Source of the DNA: an uncultured virus (IMG/VR IMGVR_UViG_3300032180_000385)
Lineage: Duplodnaviria; Heunggongvirae; Uroviricota; Caudoviricetes
Length of the DNA: 20,000 nucleotides
Reading direction: 5' to 3' (one strand)
IMG/VR virus record: IMGVR_UViG_3300032180_000385
Location: 108,988 to 128,987 of that record
The notes beneath the pieces are model-generated. The model did not search any database. It was given only the letters and a program-made list of their open reading frames with translations, and was not told where the DNA came from. A program made the position numbers and the translations under genes. Numbering within the stretch: the first letter of the stretch is position 1; every line of letters begins with the position of its first letter. This document shows, one piece after another, positions 8,003-15,074 of this stretch.

Positions 8003-8136
8003 GACAGCAGGCATAAGTTCAGTCCCGGCATTTTCGGTGCTCCATCCTGAGCTACCCCGGTCTCCCGGGAGCAGGGACTCCCACCCCGCGTCCACCGGCT
8101 TAGAAGGCGATAACCAGGTCGATCCGGCTTGCTGTC
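8003..8136 (-). ncRNA. yrlA: YrlA-like Y RNA, element 6 (variant T loop)
   Basis: Terminal stem GACAGCA/UGCUGUC, GGUUAUC, T arm GCGGGG-UGGGAGU-CCCUGC, acceptor stem UCCCGG-GAGA-CCGGGG, D arm GCUC-AGGAUG-GAGC. Confidence 0.8.
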
Positions 8137-8143
8137 GTACAGC

Positions 8144-8171
8144 AGCTTACACGGTTCCTGACGGAGCGCAA
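8144..8171 (-). promoter_or_regulatory. Candidate promoter for the Y RNA/rsr operon
   Basis: TTGCGC (8171-8166), 16-nt spacer, TAAGCT (8149-8144). The predicted start at about 8137-8136 coincides with the 5' end of element 6. Confidence 0.55.
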
Positions 8172-8250
8172 GGGGGATTTTCCCCGCTACAGCCATCGTG
8201 TACCGTGAGCATCGCAGACGAGCAGACAGGACAAGGAGAAGGGCGAGATC

Positions 8251-8607
8251 ATGCTGGAAGTGAAGAACCTCGGCACACCCGACGACCACCGCGTGTTCCC
8301 GAACGGGCAGCTGGATGTCGTAACCGTGGGCGCGATGACCTTCGGGTTCGCTACCTTCGAGCCCGGTTGGCGCTGGACGCAGTCGCTGCGGTCGATCGTC
8401 GGCACGGACACTTGCCAGGCGGCGCACAACGGATACTGCGCGAGCGGAAGCATGCACATCCTCATGGATGATGGAACAGAATCCGACATCGGGCCAGGCG
8501 ACGCGTTCGTCATCTCGCCGGGACATGACGCCTGGGTGACCGGGAACGAGCCATGCATCGCCTACGACTTCTCTGGCTACGCGAACTACGCCAAGCCTCA
8601 GGAGTAG
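8251..8607 (+). CDS. Cupin-domain protein (118 aa)
   Basis: FEPGWRW, CQAAH.GY..SG and PGD...I.PGHDAWV.G.EP motifs; purine-rich RBS; divergent from the Y RNA array. Confidence 0.9.
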   Translation: MLEVKNLGTPDDHRVFPNGQLDVVTVGAMTFGFATFEPGWRWTQSLRSIVGTDTCQAAHNGYCASGSMHILMDDGTESDIGPGDAFVISPGHDAWVTGNEPCIAYDFSGYANYAKPQE

Positions 8608-8619
8608 TCCTCGCACAGC

Positions 8620-8651
8620 GAAGGCCCCCGACGTTCTCGTCAGGGGCCTTC
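8620..8651. terminator. Bidirectional terminator-like hairpin
   Basis: GAAGGCCCC-C-GACG ttct CGTC-A-GGGGCCTTC between the convergent stops at 8607 and 8663. Confidence 0.7.
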
Positions 8652-8662
8652 ATCTTGCCCGG

Positions 8663-9199
8663 CTAGGCCGACGGCGGCACCGCCGTGTGGCTCTCAACAT
8701 AGGCACGAACCACGGAGTAGAGAGCCCGCTGGCCCGCCACGATCGCCGCAGCCAGTCCGATGAAAGCACCAAAGCCCCAGCCGATGGAGAGTCCTGGTAT
8801 CCCCGAGTCCGGCTTGTCGAAAAACGCGATCAGCACGAGAAGCAGCTGAACGGCGGTCCCGATGGCGAGCAGGTTCCCGTGCGCAGCAGGAGAGATCAGC
8901 CGGCCCCAGGCCGTGGTTGCCACTAGGTAACCGATCAGCGCGAGCGCGACAAGGAACTCGACCCACATCCATCCGTAGTAGGTGGCGTCCGTACTTCCCC
9001 CGATCGAGTACCCGAATCCGCTAATCGAAGCGGTGTACCAGGGCAGGAAAAGCGCGATCAGCGCGACGAGGGACGCCACTCCGACAACCTTGTCGACGTT
9101 GGTCAGCCGACTCAGATCGAAACTGACCGGGGCCTGGCTCACCGAACGCGGCGCTGGTTCTGGTGCCGGTGTCCCGTTGTCCTTATTTTCTATGGGCAT
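8663..9199 (-). CDS. Four-TM membrane protein (actinobacterial type)
   Basis: GAGGAAGAGG RBS; four hydrophobic helices; FLPWY and GWGFGAFIGL motifs. Confidence 0.85.
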   Translation of the reverse strand: MPIENKDNGTPAPEPAPRSVSQAPVSFDLSRLTNVDKVVGVASLVALIALFLPWYTASISGFGYSIGGSTDATYYGWMWVEFLVALALIGYLVATTAWGRLISPAAHGNLLAIGTAVQLLLVLIAFFDKPDSGIPGLSIGWGFGAFIGLAAAIVAGQRALYSVVRAYVESHTAVPPSA

Positions 9200-9286
9200 C
9201 TTCCGCCTCTTCCTCTTTCTTTCGTCACATCTTAGACTCTATGATACTACTAGACCAACACTACAGGGAAGGTAGCCGTGCAACAG

Positions 9287-9745
9287 TCACGCATCAGGAA
9301 ACCATCCGTTCCCAGAAGAGTAACCGCCGTCACCGTCATCGAAGTTCCGGCAGACCTCCGCGATGAGCAGTTGAGCGATGACGTAAGCTGCTGCCTCGGT
9401 GAGATCGACGAGCTGCTCGCTGACAACTAGGCACCGCCACTCTAACCGTTCGATCCGGTGCGTGGTGTCTGTCAGTCCTTTTGCCAGTCCGGCCCGGTAG
9501 TTCTGTTCCAACGCGAGCCAAAACCGGGCCGGGATGAAAGTCCCCATAGCGAGACAGTCCGCGTGCGACTTAAGCAGGGGCTTCCGATCCAGAACTTCAC
9601 GGATCAGCGTGACCGCGTACTGCTTGTTCTCCCTGCCCACGCAGGCAACGGCGAGCACATCCACGGACAAGCCGTTCTCCTGCATCCAGTCGTCCAGCGT
9701 CGCGGCCGGGGCGATCGTCCAATCCGGATCGAAGGGGATTGTCAT
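9287..9745 (-). CDS. HigA/VapI-like XRE HTH protein (~152 aa)
   Basis: Start MTIPFDPDW with ATGA overlap; PAATLDDWMQENGLS...LA and PARFWLALEQNY resemble HigA-family antidote proteins. Confidence 0.65.
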   Translation of the reverse strand: MTIPFDPDWTIAPAATLDDWMQENGLSVDVLAVACVGRENKQYAVTLIREVLDRKPLLKSHADCLAMGTFIPARFWLALEQNYRAGLAKGLTDTTHRIERLEWRCLVVSEQLVDLTEAAAYVIAQLLIAEVCRNFDDGDGGYSSGNGWFPDA

Positions 9746-10230
9746 AACAGCGCCGCCGACTCGATCATCCCTTGGTACGGAGGCGTGACGCAGTGCCACT
9801 CACGGAGCTTCCCGACCCGTTTTGCAAATCGCAATGTTTGCCAGGTCCCGCTCCGCAGCGACTGCGGATCCTCCTCGGAATAGGCAGGAAAGCCGAACAC
9901 CATCGTGCTCTCGTCGACGATACGCCGATTCCGGTCGGCATACGTGGTGCCCGGCGGCATCTCAATCACCGTGATCCTACGCAGCCCTGTCGGAACAGCT
10001 CCCCACCAGGGATCCACCCGACTACGGTCTGCCGGAACAACGATCACATGCTCAGCAGTATCCCGATGATAACAAAGCCACTTGCCGATAAAGGCGTCCC
10101 CGCCGATGCAGGCACCCGTAATGTAACGATCGGCATCCGGAACCCGGGCAGTCAGCACGTTAGTCACCACGCCGTTCCGCGCCTCGGCGGACAGCTCCCG
10201 TGAAGCACTAAAGCCAACGCTGGTGATCAC
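9742..10230 (-). CDS. SLOG-superfamily (DprA/YspA-like) nucleotide-binding protein
   Basis: VGFSASR, ITGACIGGD, YADRNRRIVD and SGTWQTLRFA motifs. Confidence 0.75.
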   Translation of the reverse strand: MITSVGFSASRELSAEARNGVVTNVLTARVPDADRYITGACIGGDAFIGKWLCYHRDTAEHVIVVPADRSRVDPWWGAVPTGLRRITVIEMPPGTTYADRNRRIVDESTMVFGFPAYSEEDPQSLRSGTWQTLRFAKRVGKLREWHCVTPPYQGMIESAALL

Positions 10231-10469
10231 AGATACGGCCCATCTTGGGGAGGCTCGCCGTTGAGAATCCTGTCGACTTCTGCCTCGACCAGTGCGGACG
10301 TCCAGTTGTAGTGATCATCGATCACGTAGGTACGAAGGATCTGCCGTTCGATCCGCTCATCCGACCAGTCCGGGTTCCGCTCGCGCAGCCACCGAGCACA
10401 GTCCCTGTCCGCAGCGGGATTCCGGCCCTCGGCATTCCTACGCTTATCAGCGCCTGCTCTTGCTCTCAT
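10227..10469 (-). CDS. Hypothetical protein
   Basis: TAATG and GTGA coupling with neighbours. Confidence 0.65.
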   Translation of the reverse strand: MRARAGADKRRNAEGRNPAADRDCARWLRERNPDWSDERIERQILRTYVIDDHYNWTSALVEAEVDRILNGEPPQDGPYL

Positions 10470-10819
10470 TATTCTTCTTCCTCTTTTGACAGGATAACTT
10501 CGGTAAACCCGCCCAGCCGGGCCATGACCCGAATAAAGTTGTTTTTATACCCGTAAGTGTCATAAAACCAGCGACACAAAGCCCCGCCAACCTCCCGGTG
10601 AACGCCATAGGAAAGCGTTTCGTGGCAGATGATCCCCTGACTGCCTTCCTGCATCCCGTCTCGCACCATCTGCCGGAGCCGTCCTGACTGCAAATACATC
10701 GAATTCCCTGGTCGGCCGATGCACGTTGGGCATTGCTCGGACAGTACCCGCGGCCTGGATTCCCCGCGAACGAAGCATGATTCCCTGCTTGGCGGTTCGT
10801 CTCCGTCGTCATAGCTCAT
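10469..10819 (-). CDS. Hypothetical protein with putative metal-binding motif (CxxC...CH...C)
   Basis: CPTC, ICHET and LCRWF; abuts the upstream stop. Confidence 0.7.
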   Translation of the reverse strand: MSYDDGDEPPSRESCFVRGESRPRVLSEQCPTCIGRPGNSMYLQSGRLRQMVRDGMQEGSQGIICHETLSYGVHREVGGALCRWFYDTYGYKNNFIRVMARLGGFTEVILSKEEEE

Positions 10820-11029
10820 CTATATTACCCCCGTAATTCTCAGAACAATCACAATTATCGCAAGGATGCAGCCGATAGCCGCTTCCAGGTCGTCACGCCA
10901 GACCGGCTCGGTGACCGTCCGCTCACACTCGGAGCACCAGAACTGGTAGCGTGCGAGCCAGAGGCGTTTCCATGACCGGTACGGAACGATCATAAGCACA
11001 TGGCTCTCACAGTACTGCTTCGATCTCAT
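10820..11029 (-). CDS. Small protein with CxxH/CxxC motifs and C-terminal TM segment
   Basis: ATG 11029 with GGAAGG upstream; start uncertain. Confidence 0.5.
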   Translation of the reverse strand: MRSKQYCESHVLMIVPYRSWKRLWLARYQFWCSECERTVTEPVWRDDLEAAIGCILAIIVIVLRITGVI

Positions 11030-11088
11030 CCCGCCGATCCTTCCCCGCAAGGCGCTCTGGTCATTCTACCCTCTGCGGAGCACTTCAG

Positions 11089-11661
11089 CTACACATCTGC
11101 CCGTTTGACGAACAGCATCTTACGGTATAGAACAGGCAGACCACCCGCGGCCTGGAGGAGCGCATGTCTGATCTCGCTGTTTCCCTCACTGTCACCGGCC
11201 TGCACGGAACGCTGATCCTGATCGCCGTCATCCTGATCGCGATCGGGGCCATCATCACCGTGTTCGTGAATCCGCGAACCCCCTGGGCGACGTTCGTAGC
11301 GCTCGGCCTGTGCCTTGCTACCCTGGCGTTGCTGATCACCGGCTAAAACAGAGTACCCATCCGGCCAAAGTTCCCGCGGCGGAAGCGCGCTCAGCAGCAC
11401 GTGCTCCGGCTCCGCCCTAGCCGCCTCCCCGGTCGCATCGTCCCGGAACCTGAAACCACCCTCGTTCCGTCGATACCGATAGACAACAGCGCTATACCCG
11501 TCGAGAATGTAGAACTCGATGCGGTAAATGCACCGCTCGACGGGCTCGGGGATGTTCTGTCTCACCCAGGTAAACACCTCTGGCGAGTTCGATATCCGAA
11601 AGACAGCCGGGTCGCCACCGCTGTTACAATCCCAGACAAGAACAGGCGCGGCCGGAATCAC
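11089..11661 (-). CDS. Hypothetical protein; C-terminal half overlaps the + strand membrane gene
   Basis: GTGA-coupled to 11658..11879. The N-terminal ~100 aa look protein-like; the tail is antisense to 11164..11346. Confidence 0.5.
   Translation of the reverse strand: MIPAAPVLVWDCNSGGDPAVFRISNSPEVFTWVRQNIPEPVERCIYRIEFYILDGYSAVVYRYRRNEGGFRFRDDATGEAARAEPEHVLLSALPPRELWPDGYSVLAGDQQRQGSKAQAERYERRPGGSRIHEHGDDGPDRDQDDGDQDQRSVQAGDSEGNSEIRHALLQAAGGLPVLYRKMLFVKRADV
11164..11346 (+). CDS. Small two-TM membrane protein (60 aa)
   Basis: Strong GGAGGAG RBS; two hydrophobic helices; TTGACG upstream at 11105. Confidence 0.7.
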   Translation: MSDLAVSLTVTGLHGTLILIAVILIAIGAIITVFVNPRTPWATFVALGLCLATLALLITG

Positions 11662-11879
11662 CTGGCAAGATCACCGCGCTCCAGCCGGTCAGCGTTTAGC
11701 TCGAGAACCCGAATGATCCCCCACGGCCAGAACGTCTTCGGCCTCGTCGTCCGACGCCGGATCACCTCTGCGGCCTCACGCAGCTTCCGGGCATCCGCCT
11801 CCCGTCCCAACCGGACGACATCCTCCACGTACTCACTGTCCATCCGCCTGCCCGGCCCTCTCATCTCATGCGGTCCCAT
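11658..11879 (-). CDS. Hypothetical protein
   Basis: AGGAG RBS; coupled to the downstream ORF. Confidence 0.6.
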   Translation of the reverse strand: MGPHEMRGPGRRMDSEYVEDVVRLGREADARKLREAAEVIRRRTTRPKTFWPWGIIRVLELNADRLERGDLAR

Positions 11880-11888
11880 CTTGTTCTC

Positions 11889-12278
11889 CTATCGTCCGCA
11901 TGCCGAATTCCACCGCTTGCCCGTTCGCTTCCAGTGGCACTGCCCAGCCTTCACGGCATCATCGACCGAAAAAGATGACCCGTCCGCCATCACCGGGTTA
12001 ATGAACGCGAATGCGCTGATCCCGTCGAGGGTAACTATTTTTCCGCACATGCATTTCGCGCCGGTTAGCAGCTTCACCGCCAGCGCCTCAGCGGCCTCGC
12101 ACGGGTCAGAGTGATTTTCAGCAATGATGCGCATACCTTTATAATAAGCAGTGGCGTACCAGCCTGCCTCGGCAACAGGAACATCCTCATGGAGACATCC
12201 AAGCTCGAACGATGTCGCTCCGGTTCGCCCGGTCAGATCAGCGGCGGCTATTACTCGGTTCTCATCGTCGGGCGTCAT
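11889..12278 (-). CDS. Hypothetical phage protein with Cys motifs
   Basis: ATGA overlap at 12275-12278; CxCG..., C.W.R.GKRW...C. Confidence 0.75.
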   Translation of the reverse strand: MTPDDENRVIAAADLTGRTGATSFELGCLHEDVPVAEAGWYATAYYKGMRIIAENHSDPCEAAEALAVKLLTGAKCMCGKIVTLDGISAFAFINPVMADGSSFSVDDAVKAGQCHWKRTGKRWNSACGR

Positions 12279-12466
12279 GACCATACTGAAAACAACACCT
12301 TCATCATAGTCCTGATAAGCCCCTCGAAATTATCCAGGATTTTCGTGTACGGCGAACCGTCTCCGCTGACCGACCACGCATCCCAGTCTTGCTCCGAGTA
12401 CCGCTCCAAGGGGATGTTACCTGCTCGGGCTGCTGACGCGTACCAGTCATCGTTATCGCGTGCCAT
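12275..12466 (-). CDS. Hypothetical protein (MARDNDDW...)
   Basis: AAGGA RBS before ATG 12466; overlaps the upstream stop. Confidence 0.6.
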   Translation of the reverse strand: MARDNDDWYASAARAGNIPLERYSEQDWDAWSVSGDGSPYTKILDNFEGLIRTMMKVLFSVWS

Positions 12467-12701
12467 TAGCATCCTTCGCGTGATCAGGACAGAAATCCAG
12501 CCGCGTGCCGTACTCAACCTCACGTTCGCTCACCCGGATGATGTTTTCCACACCTGTTTTCCAGCCGAGCGGGCGCAGCCTGGCCCGGACCGCCGTTACC
12601 GTCATACCCTCCCCGAGTTGAAGCTGCGAACCGTAGCGCATCTCCGCGCAACCCTCATGATTGCACATCACGCCCATGTCGGTGAAGCGGATCGCGCTCA
12701 T
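12453..12701 (-). CDS. Small zinc-binding hypothetical protein (CNHEGC...GW...DFCPDH)
   Basis: ATGA-coupled; motif type common in actinophage small proteins. Confidence 0.7.
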   Translation of the reverse strand: MSAIRFTDMGVMCNHEGCAEMRYGSQLQLGEGMTVTAVRARLRPLGWKTGVENIIRVSEREVEYGTRLDFCPDHAKDANGTR

Positions 12702-12931
12702 TGCTGTTCCCTTGCCGGCACGAGCGAGCGAAGCAGCTCTTCCACGTGCTCCTCGTCGAGATGGTGACCATGATACTCACACACCTTACACAGCCGAACG
12801 CCTTCCGCGATAGAAACATCCCCAGGGATACCATCGAGTCCGCAGCACGGGCAGCTTCCGGCCAGCCAGCGCTCCCGCACCCGGCAGTAATAGGCCTCAT
12901 TCAGCCCTCTCCGCCACTTTTCCTCAGGCAT
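12698..12931 (-). CDS. Cys-rich small protein, paralog of 15736..15948
   Basis: YC...W..G.CPCCG...AEGV..C..C...H...ELL..LVP; start uncertain (12931 or 12976). Confidence 0.7.
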   Translation of the reverse strand: MPEEKWRRGLNEAYYCRVRERWLAGSCPCCGLDGIPGDVSIAEGVRLCKVCEYHGHHLDEEHVEELLRSLVPAREQQ

Positions 12932-13208
12932 TGCTATCCGATTCAGTATATAGCTCCAAGTCTTCCAAATAATCACAAGCGGCTAGCTTTCCCTCAAGGT
13001 ATGTCACGACCCACGCTATAAAACGAGCATCGTCCTCCAAACTGTTTTTCTCCGCCAAAATAACAGTTAGAGAGCACCTCCCGCTACCTCCATTATGGGT
13101 ACGCAGACCTGACGCCTTCACCCTCAGCATCCGAAGAGGCTGCCCGCCGGATCCCCCTCCATATTTTTCATCCAGACGAATTTCCGTCGTTATCGTTGCT
13201 GCAATCAC
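12924..13208 (-). CDS. Hypothetical protein
   Basis: GTGA overlap with the stop of the upstream gene. Confidence 0.55.
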   Translation of the reverse strand: MIAATITTEIRLDEKYGGGSGGQPLRMLRVKASGLRTHNGGSGRCSLTVILAEKNSLEDDARFIAWVVTYLEGKLAACDYLEDLELYTESDSNA

Positions 13209-14224
13209 TGTTGTCCGTCTTTCAGTTCGTTTAGACACGTCGCATTTGCATCAGTAATCATAGCGATGGCCGACCCGTGTCGAGCAGCCGTCTCAACAAT
13301 TCCGGACGCGTTCTTAGCTAGCATCTCTATGCGCTGCCGATGCTGCTCAACAGTTGCCGTACCCCAGGTAACCATCGTACCATCACCGAGCGCTATCTGG
13401 GTATTCAACAGCTCAGTTGTAACTTCCAGACGAGTCTGCGCAGCTACCTCATAGATCAGCTTATAAATTTGTTTTCTTCGAAGCTCCTCGTAATACGCCA
13501 TTGGCCCATCCGGATGCCAATTAGATTCAAAAAAAGCAACACTCCTCTCATCGGTATTTGCAGCAGCAGCACGCGCACGCTCATACCAGTCGGCAAAATC
13601 CTTGCCAAGCCACCTGCGGAACTTCTTTCGTTCATGTGCATCCAGCCATACGCCTGGCCCCGCCAAGCAGTCTCTATACTTGATAAACTCCGGTGGTGTG
13701 GGGGCGACCGCATGCTGCGGATCATCTCGACGCCACTCAACCAAATTTTCTCTCGCCGTAGCCGTATATACATACTCCACGCCGATAGCCTCCGCGTACT
13801 CTTGCCTGATTCCCTCTGGTATAGCACCACGATCCGGTACTACGCGACCTGTCCTAACCCCCCATTCCCGAATAACACGAGCCGGATGAGCTGCTACGAA
13901 ATCACTTCGCTGACGACACCACTCCCGATGCTGTTCTTCCTTGAGCCTCTGCTCTGAACGTCGTACCTCTCGTGCCGTCTGCTGTGCTGTTTCATATTCG
14001 ATTCGCTGCGCTTCCCTAGCTGCACGATCCTCCGCTACGCGCGCCTGCTGACGACGATGACCTGCCACATAAGAACTAAGCATCCCGATAGCAAACTCGC
14101 GAAGCCGATCCTGATTCATTCCTCTCGCCACAGTAGCAGCAATGACTTCCGGGTCATCATCCTGACGCTCATCAGCTAGCTGAAGTGCCTGCGTGATCCA
14201 GGCGGAATACGTGTCCTCAGGCAT
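13205..14224 (-). CDS. 339-aa protein with coiled coil and internal Lsr2-like DNA-binding motif
   Basis: Start MPEDTYSAW; VIREWGVRTGRVVPDRGAIPEGIRQEY matches the Lsr2 C-terminal pattern IREWA...G..V..RGRIP..V...Y. Confidence 0.7.
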   Translation of the reverse strand: MPEDTYSAWITQALQLADERQDDDPEVIAATVARGMNQDRLREFAIGMLSSYVAGHRRQQARVAEDRAAREAQRIEYETAQQTAREVRRSEQRLKEEQHREWCRQRSDFVAAHPARVIREWGVRTGRVVPDRGAIPEGIRQEYAEAIGVEYVYTATARENLVEWRRDDPQHAVAPTPPEFIKYRDCLAGPGVWLDAHERKKFRRWLGKDFADWYERARAAAANTDERSVAFFESNWHPDGPMAYYEELRRKQIYKLIYEVAAQTRLEVTTELLNTQIALGDGTMVTWGTATVEQHRQRIEMLAKNASGIVETAARHGSAIAMITDANATCLNELKDGQQ

Positions 14225-14273
14225 TACGGTGCATCCATCCCACGAAAATCCTCGCTGACGTGCTTGCCTGCTG

Positions 14274-14426
14274 TCACTCTTCCCAGCCTCCCTCGCACGG
14301 GCAGTCATCGACGTTGCAGTGCCCCCAGCCGTGCTCCTCAGAGTCATGCTCGCAGGTGCAGTCGCTGAAGCTCGCCGAGTACTCCCACTCGCCGCCTTCG
14401 TCATCATCCGGGTCGATCACCGTCAC
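14274..14426 (-). CDS. 50-aa acidic Cys/His-rich peptide (absent from the ORF track)
   Basis: GGGGAGG RBS before GTG; MTVIDPDDDEGGEWEYSASFSDCTCEHDSEEHGWGHCNVDDCPCEGGWEE. Confidence 0.65.
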   Translation of the reverse strand: MTVIDPDDDEGGEWEYSASFSDCTCEHDSEEHGWGHCNVDDCPCEGGWEE

Positions 14427-14543
14427 CCTCCCCTGTAGGGCGTTACAATACTCCGATGCTACGGCGAGCGATACAGGCGGTACCCGAATGACAACCGTGA
14501 AATTTTCGAACTACAGTAATGCAAGTATCGAACAGTAGCAGCA

Positions 14544-15065
14544 GTGTCACTCATCCACGTCAGAGGTGAAGACTGGCCCAGCCTGCCACCCGATCTGGCT
14601 TACTACCTGGGCTGGTATTTTTGGTCACCCTGGGTGCTCGACAACGCCCCGCACGACGACCGGCTGTTCCGCGGGTACGCCGAAATGATGACCAACATCG
14701 CCTGGTGGCTCGTCGCGTACCATCGCCTGCCCGCGGACGTCGCCGTTGCCTGGCTCCCGTGGTATCACCGGCTGGGGCTCGCTGCCGCTGCGGCCATGCC
14801 ACCCGCCCCCGTGGCTGCCGCAGTAACCAGTCCGGGCGGAGAGCCTAGCCCAAGACAACCAGCTAAGCCCGTCCGCCCGATAAGCCCCGCCAGTGCCGAA
14901 GGACGACGAGGAGCAATAGGCACACTCTACCGCATGAAAGGCCCGTGGTTCTACGCCGCCTACCGAGGGCTGTGCTCCAGGTGCGGATCTCCCATCGAGC
15001 CTGGCGAGAAGATCCGGGCGGACGGTGACGGCGGGTGGGAGTGCCGAGAATGTGACGAGCAGTAA
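14544..15065 (+). CDS. Hypothetical protein with C-terminal zinc ribbon
   Basis: AAYRGLCSRCGSPIEPGEKI...GWECREC; Pro/Ala linker; start uncertain. Confidence 0.65.
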   Translation: MSLIHVRGEDWPSLPPDLAYYLGWYFWSPWVLDNAPHDDRLFRGYAEMMTNIAWWLVAYHRLPADVAVAWLPWYHRLGLAAAAAMPPAPVAAAVTSPGGEPSPRQPAKPVRPISPASAEGRRGAIGTLYRMKGPWFYAAYRGLCSRCGSPIEPGEKIRADGDGGWECRECDEQ

Positions 15066-15074
15066 CCTGCCTTA

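Noticed and set aside
7561..8136. tRNA genes (TTCGAA T loops and GCTCAA..GAGC D arms)
   Set aside because: Arms are in permuted order, the acceptor stem is closed by a loop, and there is no anticodon loop or CCA end. This fits YrlA mimics, not tRNAs.
7063..8136. CRISPR array
   Set aside because: Repeats are degenerate and bipartite, spacing is irregular, the intervening sequences are structured, and no cas genes are present.
7411..8471. ORFs crossing the Y RNA array (7411..7866, extension of 7149..7772, 7898..8095, 7980..8471)
   Set aside because: No convincing RBS or protein features; the region is better explained by RNA structure.
14225..14407. N-terminal extension of the 400-aa ORF
   Set aside because: Low-complexity translation; the region is better explained by the 50-aa peptide in another frame with a strong RBS.
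14506..14533. LexA/SOS box (two TCGAAC half-sites)
   Set aside because: The half-sites are in direct orientation rather than the TCGAAC-N4-GTTCGA palindrome.
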